Shown here piece by piece: positions 38,901-48,999 of a stretch of DNA of 64,000 nucleotides. The stretch's first letter is position 1. Each line of letters starts with the position of its first letter. The notes beneath the pieces were generated by a model that was given only the letters and a program-made list of their open reading frames with translations, did no database searches and had not been told where the DNA came from. The DNA lies in the IMG/VR virus record IMGVR_UViG_2931439988_000001, positions 120 through 64,119 of that record. One strand, given 5' to 3'. The translations under genes and the position numbers were made by a program. The DNA is from a virus. Taxonomy: Duplodnaviria; Caudoviricetes.

Positions 38901-41900
38901 ATGGATGGATATTCGAAGGACAAGTCTTAGAGAAGTTACGACAAGCAAAAATAAAGAAGGCTCTAGATGATCTGAGAGCAGAAAGAGATGCAACTAGCTT
39001 CGTAGCTTTGGAGAGTTTAAAGCGTATTCAATTCTACGGAAAAGAATTTGAGGCTATTACAAGCTTTGCCGAAGCGAAACAAAAGATTGCAGATATCGAA
39101 TCTGATATTGCAGAACAGCAAAAAAAGAATGCTGCGAATCCACCGTTCGCTAATTTGACATCAAGCCTACCAGCCGGACTTGCCGATGCATTGAAAAGTC
39201 AAAGCGAGATGCTAAATAAGATGTCAAATGATCAGTTATCCGGAAAAAAACAACGAGTGCAAGAGCTGAACGATATCATCAAGCAATATGCTGGGCAATT
39301 ACAGTTGAGCAATGATCAAATTAAAGCTATGACTGAACTTCTCGAAGATGACACTTACGGGGTGGAAGACAATAACAAGGCAAAAAAAGAAACCGTAGAA
39401 ATTATGACGGACTTACAGAAGGTGATTGAAGGCTACAACAAGTCCTTGGAAAAATTGGATTCACAACAGAAAAGAGTTGCGAAGTCGTCCAAAGAATACC
39501 TTGATATACTCGCAGAGAAGCGTAAAGCATTACTGGAGGAACAAAAACTTTACGAACAAGGGTACAATGATCCATCCCAACTCGTATCCTCTCAAACGGA
39601 GATTACAACAGGTGGCGGAACGTCATCAGACATTACAAGAATGCTGTCCACTGCTGTTGACTTGGCAAACTCTGGTGTGATGCGATACAAGCAAATAGGC
39701 GGTGAATTTACCGGTTCATTTGATGAATTCAAACAAAGAGCATATTCAGACTGTTCGCAGTTTGTGCAGGAGATGTTTGAAACGATCGGTGTACAGGTAC
39801 CGCGTACCGCAGCTCAACAAGCCAAAGCAGGAACTGCCGTAACAAAGAAAAACCTACAAGTCGGCGATCTTGTATTTTTCAACACCAATGGCAAGGACAA
39901 CTCTCACGTTGGGATTTACATGGGGGACAGCAAGTTTATCCAAATGGGGGAGTCCGGACTAAAAGTTTCGGATTTAAACAATAGCTATTGGGGGCCTAAG
40001 TACAATGGTGCAACTCGTATTCCTGGGCTTTCGACAGATGCTGCCTACCCGACATCCACTAGTTCCCAAACAACCTCTGGTGGAGTGGCATATGCCGGTA
40101 AATACGCTTCTGAGATTAATGCTGCTGCCAATCAATTTAATGTTGACCCACATCTTGTTGCGGCTGTGATTCAACGCGAATCCTCGTTCGGAGCCAAAGG
40201 AATTACCAATGTCATGCAAGTCAATGGCATGAACAATTCAACTGTTAAACAAAGTATAGATGCAGGTACGAAGATGTTATCAGACCTACTGAAGAAATCA
40301 GGTGGGGATGTCGCCATGGCTCTTGGCGGATACAACATGGGCGCTGGTATCATTGACTGGTTTAAAAAATCAGGTGGATACAATTTAGCGGATATGAAAG
40401 CTTACTCTGCTAAGTATGACAAAGTTTATGCTGGTGACGGATACGGAGATGTAGGGTATGTAGATAAAGTATTGGCTGACTATTCTCCACAAAAGGCGGG
40501 TACAACACAACCTACACAGAAGCAATTAAAGGATGCGAAAAACACAGCTGATAGCGAACTGCTTCGGATTAGTGATGAACTTTATAATATTGATGTTTCA
40601 GAACTTGAGAGTAAACTCGGAATCAAAGATATGAAAATCTCTGACAAAGAGTTGTCTTTAAAACAATCCGAAGCACGGCAGAAGAACATGAAGAAAGACT
40701 CCCAAGAGTATAAAGCCGAATACGAGCTTCAATTGAAACTCAAAACTGAAATACAGAAACTGATGCAGGAGCAACGTCAGATGATCGAACAATCCGGGCT
40801 GAAATCAGATGAGTTGACTAATAAGCGGCGAAGCCTGACTGAGAAAATCGGGGATGTGCAGTCCGAGAAAGAAGACATGAAGGATCAGTATGCCAGCGAC
40901 CAATTTGATACCGCACAGGCCAATATGGAAGCGCGTGTTGAACGCATGCGTCAACAAGGCCGTTCCGAGATGGAAATGACCAAGACGCAGCTTCAGTTTT
41001 ATCAGGGACAACTCAAAAATACGGCCCTAACTGAGGAACAGCGTGTTGAATCAGCTAAACAAGTGTATGACTTGACGAACAAGGTTACGGATCTGAAATT
41101 TAAAAATTCAACCGATTGGATTGATAAACAAACGGATCAGATGGAACGTCAAGGTAAGTCTGAGGTTGAGATTTATCAAATGCAGGCCGAGGCTTACAAC
41201 CGGATGCGAAACGACACCACGCTAAAAGCAGAACAACGAGCTGAAGCAGAGAAAATGTATCAAGATACTTCCAAGAAACTGATTTCGTCTAGGTACGAGT
41301 ACTCGGAAAAGTGGATTAACAAAGAAGCTACGAAGATGGAAATGTCCGGTGCTCAAAAAGTTGACATCATGAAGTGGGAGCTTCAAGAGTTTCTGAAGAT
41401 GCAAGCTGATAAGACGATGTCTTCTGAACAGCTATGGGATCTAGAACAGAAAATATATAAGCAGCGTAATGATCTGGATAAGGAGTACTATTCTGCTGCT
41501 GAGAAACGAATTAATCACTTGAAGGCGATCGGTGAAATGACTACCGAACAAGAACTTGCCGAGTATATGAAACTTCAAGCTTCTTACCTGGTAGGAAGCG
41601 ATCAACGGATGGATGCAGATGAGAAGGTCTACGATCTAAAGAAAAAACTCATGGACGAAATGACCAAAGCTGTATCCGAATCGGTAACCAAGCAGAAAAA
41701 GTTACTGGACAATGCGAGGGATGAGGAGATTAAACGTATCCAGGCAGAGAAGGATGCTTTCACCTCGGCTCAAGAGGCCAAAATCAAAGCCATTGATGAT
41801 CTGATTCAAGCCATGGAGCGAAGTAACGATCAGGATGACTATGAGAGATTGCGTGCGGAGAAAGTAGCACGTCTGGAAAAACTTCAGTCCGCTGTTGGAC

Positions 41901-42802
41901 CAGAAGGTATTGAAGAGCGGAAACAGGTACAGAAGGATATCGAGGATATGGATCGTGAACACGGGCGCAAGCTTGCGAAACAAGCGCTTGAGGATCAGAA
42001 AACGGCATTGCAAGAGGAAAAAACAACTCGCGAAAAAGATTTTGACGATAAAATCCAAGATGCTAAATCAAATTACGATAATCTGTCAGCAGCCTTTGAT
42101 GAATTTTCTTCAAATACTGAACTATCTGCTGAAAACCTGAAAAACATTCAGGTACTGAAGGAGAGCGAGAAGAACGAAACGATCCTCGGAATGCTTGATG
42201 CATTTGTTTTGGAGTACCAGAGCCGTCTTGATCAGATTGCTGCGGCAAGTGCTTCACTTGGAGTTACTGATGTCTCTGGGGGAGCTTTGGCTCCAGGAAC
42301 CGCTTCGAAGGACTCTTCATATCAAAAGGAAATTGATCTGTACACATATAACGCTAACAAGGATGCTTGGGATGCAGCTAAAGCTCGTGGCGATGCTGAA
42401 ACCATGCGACTCCTTCAAGAACAAAACGATGCCATTCGTAAGAAATATGGAATCGATAAAGATACAGGGAAACTCCAGCATTTTAGTGAAGGGGGAGTAG
42501 TCAAAGGTCCTCGCGGTGCGGCTGTTCCAGTTATTGCGCACGCTGGAGAAGCTATCCTTAATGACCGACAACAGGATTCGTTGTTTAATCTCCTAAACCT
42601 ACGAATGCACAGACTAGACTTCACAATGCCTGAATTCTCAGTTCCTCAAGGTTCAAACGGAGTAAATCCGGAGAGAACCAGTAATCAATTCGTAATTAAA
42701 TCAGGAGATACTTATATCGCGGACGAATCGGCTGCGAAAGTCTTCTGGAGTGAACGTGATAATTTGATGCGGAGGATGCAGGCAAGGGGAGGTAAAGGCT
42801 GA
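35906..42802 (+). CDS. Tape measure protein with NlpC/P60 and lytic transglycosylase domains
   Basis: 2298 aa; TP901-like TMP core; DCSQF...GDLVFF...HVGIY; AAVIQRESSF...ALGGYNMG. Confidence 0.95.
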   Translation: MAEGTNRDVVAARINLDTGKVLQSFKNIDTGARGNADAFKALNAELSTAEKSYKNITSAMDKMALSSDQRRQKIIAEYEAQQKQKLAQTALLGAKAQQIEQTNRLIDAKMQAQQALINRRNQQIEQSEREHQQKMQILQNRSVKSGQEAAKATGTGTDERTRERVLQEEQKIRVALAERQRKEEALREKVLQEEQRIRQALSQTEQQTKRMGSTMDAVSKSWIGSLGDMATHAVVFHSMYKVMHEVTQAMHEGLVEIESNMAGYVQTNEHYFVHFEDGTNKMIMDTQKLNKETQQFIHTAHELGSNILDVTESARLWGRMYKDVNVVQELVRQSTKLSTVDMVELEEATKSMESVMSQYGVHISDANDAMVIGNRVLDSWSKVAHDTMAPARDLGAAFQRTGKIAAETGVSFDVMNGLISSGVRNTALSGENLGNMWKTVLGTIRTDKAVDEIERLGVKTKEVVDGVEQWRKAEDILLDLSIQVTDKNYDLTQSYADISRGVYQYAKLAASLNVGDILLGTAASVGSTGSTMQYLTVQMDTIQRKAAQTKTSLLEIFNTAGEDGLRQMIKDVLDGIDQLLIGLTKIPTGVYAATAGLTGLLLAYKALRGPVMAVVAAIEVLNVAKAKEAATTVAGTAATAANSAANTVNIVSSEGVIVSTVQQTAAREAQVVATGAATVATSALSKAQATATITMAAATAGLSLLVGAIAIFAFKSGEADKAERERIQSLKDNDSASQQMISQYQRQIDLLPKMVNAHNSLKQMIDSGTLSSSKQEQAKRQLEEVSKALTMTIGKEGMAQLEAAGFTDEATKQQIQNLNLLIEKQRESRLNVLEGQKTAMNDQLTANVAAIEDAMSKISAVNKSIESFGSTLNRTEQLKSFENDLASLEAKNRELQASLSDVDVQMGQMTLEALDAQKEMDSLAGLNGKVSETIEELTENLIKQTEALRESVQTSISSVSELNQVAETLADGQSLSASAVADLILKYPELASQIRKTTDGWIFEGQVLEKLRQAKIKKALDDLRAERDATSFVALESLKRIQFYGKEFEAITSFAEAKQKIADIESDIAEQQKKNAANPPFANLTSSLPAGLADALKSQSEMLNKMSNDQLSGKKQRVQELNDIIKQYAGQLQLSNDQIKAMTELLEDDTYGVEDNNKAKKETVEIMTDLQKVIEGYNKSLEKLDSQQKRVAKSSKEYLDILAEKRKALLEEQKLYEQGYNDPSQLVSSQTEITTGGGTSSDITRMLSTAVDLANSGVMRYKQIGGEFTGSFDEFKQRAYSDCSQFVQEMFETIGVQVPRTAAQQAKAGTAVTKKNLQVGDLVFFNTNGKDNSHVGIYMGDSKFIQMGESGLKVSDLNNSYWGPKYNGATRIPGLSTDAAYPTSTSSQTTSGGVAYAGKYASEINAAANQFNVDPHLVAAVIQRESSFGAKGITNVMQVNGMNNSTVKQSIDAGTKMLSDLLKKSGGDVAMALGGYNMGAGIIDWFKKSGGYNLADMKAYSAKYDKVYAGDGYGDVGYVDKVLADYSPQKAGTTQPTQKQLKDAKNTADSELLRISDELYNIDVSELESKLGIKDMKISDKELSLKQSEARQKNMKKDSQEYKAEYELQLKLKTEIQKLMQEQRQMIEQSGLKSDELTNKRRSLTEKIGDVQSEKEDMKDQYASDQFDTAQANMEARVERMRQQGRSEMEMTKTQLQFYQGQLKNTALTEEQRVESAKQVYDLTNKVTDLKFKNSTDWIDKQTDQMERQGKSEVEIYQMQAEAYNRMRNDTTLKAEQRAEAEKMYQDTSKKLISSRYEYSEKWINKEATKMEMSGAQKVDIMKWELQEFLKMQADKTMSSEQLWDLEQKIYKQRNDLDKEYYSAAEKRINHLKAIGEMTTEQELAEYMKLQASYLVGSDQRMDADEKVYDLKKKLMDEMTKAVSESVTKQKKLLDNARDEEIKRIQAEKDAFTSAQEAKIKAIDDLIQAMERSNDQDDYERLRAEKVARLEKLQSAVGPEGIEERKQVQKDIEDMDREHGRKLAKQALEDQKTALQEEKTTREKDFDDKIQDAKSNYDNLSAAFDEFSSNTELSAENLKNIQVLKESEKNETILGMLDAFVLEYQSRLDQIAAASASLGVTDVSGGALAPGTASKDSSYQKEIDLYTYNANKDAWDAAKARGDAETMRLLQEQNDAIRKKYGIDKDTGKLQHFSEGGVVKGPRGAAVPVIAHAGEAILNDRQQDSLFNLLNLRMHRLDFTMPEFSVPQGSNGVNPERTSNQFVIKSGDTYIADESAAKVFWSERDNLMRRMQARGGKG

Positions 42803-43359
42803 TGATTGATGCAACAGCGGATGGAAAGTCTTTCCGATCAATCGGGCTTGGTTTGAAGAAACATAACATACCAGTGTTGCCACCAACGAGGGACTACAGT
42901 GTTGAGATTGCAGGGCGTGACGGAGAAATCGACTTTGGAAGCACCTACGGTCCGAGAGTAATTAATTTGGAGTGTATCGTCATGGCTGATGATCCCACGT
43001 TTGACTACCATAGAAGAGTCGCCCAAGTGGCGGCTCTTTTTAATGCTAAAAAAGGGGATATCGTATTCACATTCGACGATTTGCCAGGAAGAAGATACAT
43101 CGGAAGATATGCCGGTACTCTTGATATTGAAAAGATTCTTTTCGACGGGGAACTGACAATTCCAATCAAAATGGGCGAACATCCCTTTCCGGAAAGCGAT
43201 GAAAACATGCTGGAAGAAACTATTACTCATTCTCCAGAAAAGATCAAAGTAATTTCTTTGGGTGATGAACGCGCAAGTCCAGTGATTGTTTTAACCAACA
43301 CAGGTTCCACAACAATTCAAAAGTTCAAGATTCAGAATGAATACTTGTTAGAGGGGTGA
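42802..43359 (+). CDS. Distal tail protein (Dit), N-terminal type
   Basis: IAGRDGEIDFGSTYGPRVINL...LVFDDLPGRRYIGR-like segment; follows TMP. Confidence 0.85.
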   Translation: MIDATADGKSFRSIGLGLKKHNIPVLPPTRDYSVEIAGRDGEIDFGSTYGPRVINLECIVMADDPTFDYHRRVAQVAALFNAKKGDIVFTFDDLPGRRYIGRYAGTLDIEKILFDGELTIPIKMGEHPFPESDENMLEETITHSPEKIKVISLGDERASPVIVLTNTGSTTIQKFKIQNEYLLEG

Positions 43360-43363
43360 TCTG

Positions 43364-43801
43364 ATGAATATTAGTAAGTATTTAGCGACCAAACAATTGA
43401 ATGTATCAGCAAGAGGGGAAAAATTCACATTCCCAGATAGGCTATATGTCGCTCTTTATAATTCCGATCCGACCTGGAATGATACGGGACAAGAAGTGTC
43501 TGGTGGAGGTTACGGCAGGCAAATACTTACCTTTGCTGAACCGACTCAGGTTTCAGTTCAAGAGTTTCACCCAGTTACCGGAGTCTTGAGCAATATACAA
43601 AAGATGGCTATCAAATCTGCGGCAGATGTAGCCTTTGCGGTAGCGACAGCCGATTGGGGCACAGTTACACACTTTGGACTGCGGGACGCTGTTACAGGTG
43701 GAAACCTTTATTATTTCGGGACACTCGAAACACCACGAAGTATTTTGAATAATGACATTTTCAAATTCCTGACGGGTCAAGTTGAGATCCGCTTGAACTA
43801 G
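43364..43801 (+). CDS. Baseplate/fiber attachment protein
   Basis: LYVALYNSDP...EVSGGGYGRQ...DWGTVTHFGL.DA.TGGNL. Confidence 0.7.
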   Translation: MNISKYLATKQLNVSARGEKFTFPDRLYVALYNSDPTWNDTGQEVSGGGYGRQILTFAEPTQVSVQEFHPVTGVLSNIQKMAIKSAADVAFAVATADWGTVTHFGLRDAVTGGNLYYFGTLETPRSILNNDIFKFLTGQVEIRLN

Positions 43802-43813
43802 GAGGTATAAACG

Positions 43814-45133
43814 ATGCTAGAAACTATGTATCCGGCCGCGGTCAACAGCAAGCAAACTGAGCTGGCAGAAGCCATTGGCGATGCGCAGACCAGTTTCACG
43901 GTACTGGATGGATCTGTCCTACCTCCTGCACCCAACCTACTTACGCTGGGAACCGATGAATCAGCAGAAACAGTACTTTATACAGGAAAGACCGGAAACG
44001 AGATCACAGGAGTAACTAGAGGGTTTGAGGGCGGGGCAAAGTCATGGGCGGCAGGGACAAAGCTGGCGAGGTACTTCACTGCTTACGACCACGACACATT
44101 CCAAGAGAACATTACTGATTTGGATCAACGACTGAGCGATATCGTGATACCTCCTGCATCTTTGACAGAACAGGGAATCGTCATGCTTTCGAAGTCTACA
44201 ACAGGCAGCAGGGATGATGTAGCTGCTACGGAGTCGGCAGTAGCTGCGGCTTTTCAGTATGGGGTTGAACGTAAAGCGGAAGTGGTTGCCGCGCTTAACT
44301 CCATAGGCGTACCGGCATCCACAAGTGAATCATGGGATTCGCTCATCACCAAGACGGCAGATATTTTAAGAGCGGTTGGTGATGCTGGACCCACAGATGT
44401 AAGGGCAGGTAAAATTTTCTCAAATTCGGAACAAATTAATATCGTAGGCACGCTACCAGAACGCACAACCGACATATTGACAATTATACCAGGGGTAATT
44501 ACCAAAACGAATCCTGCGGGGATCTATGGGGGTGACATCATCGTACCAGGAGAACCGAACCTGGTTCCTGGAAACATTCTAGTGGGTAAGACGATTTATG
44601 ATGTTGCTGGTGGCTTTAAGCCCACCGAATTTAAAGAACTACCCAACATGCTAGATGTGTCATATACGGGACCATACCCCAATGAAAACCCCATCTTCCA
44701 AGAGCTGATGAAGGTGAACGACTCAGGTAAAACCTTAGTTAAGGCATCAAGTAGTTTGTCTATATCGTCAACAGCCCTTGTTAATACTAAAGTGGCGACA
44801 AAACTACATCTATGTGTCAAGGACGCTTCTGGAAAATGGGTATCCAAATGTGAATTGTGGTGGTCCTCCGGTGTCGATTATCCGTCATCAACGTACACAA
44901 CCATGAGATACCTCAATGACTTATATATTGACGTTGTAGCAAAAACCATCACCTACAAATACAGTAGCTACGTCGACATGACCTCATCAACAGTCAGAGT
45001 TGACCCTATATCGGCTGGTTCTTTAACTGGATTGACACTATGCATGTCGACATCCAGCACAGCATCCAGTAATACAAACGGTAGCATGTCAAGATTTCGG
45101 GCACCCGCTGGGACGCTCATCATTGGATACTAA
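43814..45133 (+). CDS. Tail fiber / receptor-binding protein
   Basis: SLTEQGIVMLS...ATESAV fiber motif; GDA.PTDVRAGKIFS; NLVPGNILVGKTI. Confidence 0.8.
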   Translation: MLETMYPAAVNSKQTELAEAIGDAQTSFTVLDGSVLPPAPNLLTLGTDESAETVLYTGKTGNEITGVTRGFEGGAKSWAAGTKLARYFTAYDHDTFQENITDLDQRLSDIVIPPASLTEQGIVMLSKSTTGSRDDVAATESAVAAAFQYGVERKAEVVAALNSIGVPASTSESWDSLITKTADILRAVGDAGPTDVRAGKIFSNSEQINIVGTLPERTTDILTIIPGVITKTNPAGIYGGDIIVPGEPNLVPGNILVGKTIYDVAGGFKPTEFKELPNMLDVSYTGPYPNENPIFQELMKVNDSGKTLVKASSSLSISSTALVNTKVATKLHLCVKDASGKWVSKCELWWSSGVDYPSSTYTTMRYLNDLYIDVVAKTITYKYSSYVDMTSSTVRVDPISAGSLTGLTLCMSTSSTASSNTNGSMSRFRAPAGTLIIGY

Positions 45134-45145
45134 GGAGGATTTACG

Positions 45146-45439
45146 GTGAAGAGAATAACGCATGATGGAGTATCGCCCAATGCCCTGGTACTTAGCATTG
45201 AACACAATATAGTCAACCAGGAACCCATTCCCAACACTTTCATCACGGATCAGAGCATACCACAGATTGATGATGTACCCGGGATGCAACCAACTCTGTA
45301 TGTCAAATTGAACACACAGGAGTTGTTCTTTAATTACAGTCGCCCTGAGACATTACAGGATCAGGTACAAAGGTTACAAAACCAACAAAGCATTATGAAA
45401 AACGCTATGGACGATCTGATTATGGGAGGTGCATTGTAA
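45146..45439 (+). CDS. Tail fiber assembly-like protein
   Basis: Follows RBP; C-terminal coiled coil. Confidence 0.6.
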   Translation: MKRITHDGVSPNALVLSIEHNIVNQEPIPNTFITDQSIPQIDDVPGMQPTLYVKLNTQELFFNYSRPETLQDQVQRLQNQQSIMKNAMDDLIMGGAL

Positions 45440-45588
45440 TGGGGGCATACATGGGCTTGCGGATCATTGAAGGAGCATACACATACGAGTATGTATGTGA
45501 AAAGCGGCCAGATTTAAAAGATGGAATCGATGCATATCTTATGAAACAAGGCAGAGAAGAGTTGATACAAAAGGAAAATACTCAATAA
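45439..45588 (+). CDS. Small XkdX/CD1375-like protein, 49 aa
   Basis: RBS GGGAGG; MGAYMGLRIIEGAYTYEYVCEKRPDLKDGIDAYL. Confidence 0.6.
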   Translation: MGAYMGLRIIEGAYTYEYVCEKRPDLKDGIDAYLMKQGREELIQKENTQ

Positions 45589-45666
45589 AAGTGTACCCAA
45601 GTGGTGCGCTATTTTTATGCCCTCTGGAGTGGTCAGAGGGCTTTTCATATCAAAGGAGGCGGGGCC

Positions 45667-46188
45667 ATGTTTAACAGAGGGTCTTTTAACCGCATGGCCT
45701 TTAACCGCCAAATATCCGTATTCGTCTTTGGCCGGGCAGTTGCTGACATATCAGGATCTGCTGTAGCTGCTGCAACGATGGAAATGACGGGTTCGGCGGT
45801 TATGGATGTCAGTGCGGTAGCTGAGGCAACGTTCGTTCGTGAAATCTCATTTGCGGCCGTTATGGATGTAGATGCTGGCACCAAGGCGGATTTCATTCGA
45901 GAGATTACCAAACGGGCTGTAATGGATGTTGGTTTCGGGGCAGTCGCCAAGGGAAGTCGGTACCATGTGGAGTTTCTTGAATTCACTGGACCATTCCGGC
46001 CAGGTGATCAAGTTATCATTGATGCCAACACTTACAAGATCACACAAAACGGAATGAATGCTTCACAATTGCTCGAAGGTGATTTCTTTGACTTAAATCT
46101 TGGAGAAAACAATCTTACATGGACAGACCCTGAAACAGGTAGAAACGTTCTGATCCGTGTTACACATAGAGACAAATTCCTGTATTAA
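45667..46188 (+). CDS. Tail protein with Dit C-terminal-like domain
   Basis: AVMDV repeats, then GDQVIIDANTY..TQNG...GDFFDLNLGENNL. Confidence 0.7.
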   Translation: MFNRGSFNRMAFNRQISVFVFGRAVADISGSAVAAATMEMTGSAVMDVSAVAEATFVREISFAAVMDVDAGTKADFIREITKRAVMDVGFGAVAKGSRYHVEFLEFTGPFRPGDQVIIDANTYKITQNGMNASQLLEGDFFDLNLGENNLTWTDPETGRNVLIRVTHRDKFLY

Positions 46189-46200
46189 TTGAGGTGTGAT

Positions 46201-48396
46201 ATGCCTAATCCAACAATGAAAGTATTCGACAAGAATATCCGGCGTGTAGGTACGTTGGTTGATAGTTCAGATGTACAACGAAGAAGACGTATTAACAGTG
46301 ACTATGAGGTGACATTTATGGTCCCAATGACCTCAGATGATTACCGTGAAAAAATAGCAATCAAAGGCCACGTTCAAGATGAGCGTGGCCAATTTTATGT
46401 CATTCAGTCCAGGAGCCGGTCCCGTGAAGGTCGGAAGCTGATGGCTTCAATCTATTGCAACCACATTATGTTCAAACTGAATGACTTCAAGTTTCCGTAC
46501 TCGTCATATATTGATGAAGCTTATGGCGTACATCTCAACGAACTGACAGAATTGATTACAAAAGCCACTGGTGGGAGATTCACATTTGTTATCCACGATA
46601 CGTTTGATCTACATGACGTTAAGGACTTCGGACGTGGAACATGTCTGGAAGCTTTGAACCGGATTGTAGAGATGTATGAATGTGAAGTTGAACCTGATAA
46701 TTTCGTGATTAACCTCAAGAAGAGAATCGGATCTGACCATGGCTTACAGTATCGGCTCAAGAAAAACATCGTATCCAGTTCATTTAAAGACAAAGGCGAA
46801 TCGCTGGTTACCCGGATGTATGCTCAAATGAAAGATGGCCGGACATTCATCGGTATGGATGCTTCCTTATTGACTGACCTGGAGAGAAGTCTACTATCAA
46901 GCGTACCTGGAACAATTGTGAATGGAAAGCTGGCGGTCAATTATCTCATATCTCCTTTTGCACAGTACTGGGCGAGTGATTCGGTTCCATTTTATGATGG
47001 GGAGATCATTGAGCAGGACATTGAGGAAGCAGAGGACTTGCTGAAGGCTACACGAAAGGCGCTGCTTGAACAAGAGGTAGTTTCTCTGGAGGCAACCATA
47101 TCCACGGCAGACTTGTTCAAAATCGATCACACTGAACCTAAACCTCATTTAGGTGATGATGTCATGTGTATCGATCCAGATATGGGCATGAACCGGCTTA
47201 AAGCCCGTATCACTGAACTGACAGAGTATCCATACAGTTTAGACAAGCATGCTGAACCGACGATCTCCAATATCAATTTAAGAGATTACGATGATATTAT
47301 CAGTGACCTGGAACGAAATAAGAATATCACCAATAACCTATTTTCAAACGGGAAGATCCGGACGGATGTCTTTGAATCATTTGCCAAGCAAGCAGTGATT
47401 GATATTAACAACAGTAAAACTGAACTGATCTATCCTCCAGAAGGTGGGATTCTTGCTCAAGAGAAAACCAATCCGTTAGAACAAGTCAGATTTACATCTA
47501 AAGGGGTGGGGATATCCACTGATGGTTGGAAGTCGATACGAGCAGCAATCACGGCGCGAGGCGTTGTAGCGGAGCAAGTTATAGGCCAACTTGGTAACTT
47601 TGTCTCCATGCTGATCGGTAATGGCGAGGATATTGTCCAGATCAATACAAACGGTATTGCAGCAGGAGCTTCCTCATTCAATAGTGCTCCTTTCAGACTA
47701 AACATGAAAGGTGACTTGATAGCGAATAGCTTAACAGCGAATTACGCGAACATTGAGTACTCCAACTTTAAAAACGGGGCAATCGTTGGTTCATCAATAA
47801 ACGTAGGCAACGGGATGTTCACAGTTACTTCAGGCGGGATTATGTCGGCTGAAGGAGCAAACTTCTCTGGCTCTATAACGGCCTCTACTGTAACAGGAAC
47901 AAATATCAATGGCGGTACAATTACCGGGGCATTGATCCGTACGGCAGCAACTGGTAGACGAATAGAGCAAGACTCCCAAGGATTTCGTTCGTATGATGCT
48001 GGTAATAGAGTTCGAATTCAAATCGCTACTACTGAAGATGCTACAGCGGCGGCAATTATTTGGAGGGACACGAACGGATCTTCTGTCGGGGAGATTAATT
48101 CATATCAATCGAGCGGACAACTTTCTATTATTAGTAATAATTTATTTCTTGGCTCTAATAACTCCGGCAATCCTATTAGGCTTCAAGGAACTGTTACATT
48201 TGGCGGGGCAGTTATCGGTTTAAATATTTCTGATGTGAACGGATTGCAAGCAGATTTAACCTCTTTAAGGAATAGAATCTTATCACTAGAATCAGCGTTT
48301 TATTCTCACTCACATTCTGTAACTTTGCCTACACATAACCACGGTCTGTCTAACGCTTCGAATTGGGGCGGAACCTTCCCAACCTCAACCCCGTAA
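46201..48396 (+). CDS. Tail hub/spike protein (Tal, prophage tail endopeptidase-like)
   Basis: LEALNRIVEMYECE...INLKKRIG...YRLKKNI...VTRMY; GDDVMCIDPDMG. Confidence 0.85.
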   Translation: MPNPTMKVFDKNIRRVGTLVDSSDVQRRRRINSDYEVTFMVPMTSDDYREKIAIKGHVQDERGQFYVIQSRSRSREGRKLMASIYCNHIMFKLNDFKFPYSSYIDEAYGVHLNELTELITKATGGRFTFVIHDTFDLHDVKDFGRGTCLEALNRIVEMYECEVEPDNFVINLKKRIGSDHGLQYRLKKNIVSSSFKDKGESLVTRMYAQMKDGRTFIGMDASLLTDLERSLLSSVPGTIVNGKLAVNYLISPFAQYWASDSVPFYDGEIIEQDIEEAEDLLKATRKALLEQEVVSLEATISTADLFKIDHTEPKPHLGDDVMCIDPDMGMNRLKARITELTEYPYSLDKHAEPTISNINLRDYDDIISDLERNKNITNNLFSNGKIRTDVFESFAKQAVIDINNSKTELIYPPEGGILAQEKTNPLEQVRFTSKGVGISTDGWKSIRAAITARGVVAEQVIGQLGNFVSMLIGNGEDIVQINTNGIAAGASSFNSAPFRLNMKGDLIANSLTANYANIEYSNFKNGAIVGSSINVGNGMFTVTSGGIMSAEGANFSGSITASTVTGTNINGGTITGALIRTAATGRRIEQDSQGFRSYDAGNRVRIQIATTEDATAAAIIWRDTNGSSVGEINSYQSSGQLSIISNNLFLGSNNSGNPIRLQGTVTFGGAVIGLNISDVNGLQADLTSLRNRILSLESAFYSHSHSVTLPTHNHGLSNASNWGGTFPTSTP

Positions 48397-48436
48397 TGGT
48401 ATTATAGGAAAAAAGAACCATTATGGAGGTTTGGGT

Positions 48437-48997
48437 ATGAAGAAAATAGCATACATTGCTGGCGGCATCGTAATCGGAATTGTTTTTTCGACAACTGCGG
48501 GGGCTTTCGCTGATTCTGTGAAAAGTATGGTTGGTAAAAAGGTGACTGGAGAATATTCAGTTATAGTCAACGGTAAAAATCTTACTGAGAAAGGCGCAGT
48601 AATAGATTCACGGGCTACTGTGCCCGCTCGCGCCCTTTCTGAGGCATTGGGAGCTGATGTAAAAGTGTCCGGGAAAACAATCACAATTACCACTAGCGAG
48701 GAAGTACCTAATGAAGGAGCAACTGCTCAAGTTCCTTCAAACGAAAATAATCAATTTAGTGGAAAGTCGAAAGCTTATCTGGAATCAATGAAAAAAGGGT
48801 ATGTTTCCGAAATCCTCCCACCTTTGCTAGAAGGTCTGGAAAAGGTAACCAAAGAGTATGAAGCCGTCAAAGCAACAGGTCAAGAAGATGTGACTGCTTT
48901 GGCAAAGCAGAAAGTAGATGATTATCAGAAACTTGTAAATGATGCTAAATCGGAACTTGCACTGATTGAGGCAGCTCTACAAGTCGCAAGTCAGTAA
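48437..48997 (+). CDS. Secreted protein with copper-amine-oxidase-like stalk domain (moron)
   Basis: Signal ending AGAFA; VIDSRATVPARALSEALGADV. Confidence 0.7.
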   Translation: MKKIAYIAGGIVIGIVFSTTAGAFADSVKSMVGKKVTGEYSVIVNGKNLTEKGAVIDSRATVPARALSEALGADVKVSGKTITITTSEEVPNEGATAQVPSNENNQFSGKSKAYLESMKKGYVSEILPPLLEGLEKVTKEYEAVKATGQEDVTALAKQKVDDYQKLVNDAKSELALIEAALQVASQ

Positions 48998-48999
48998 TC

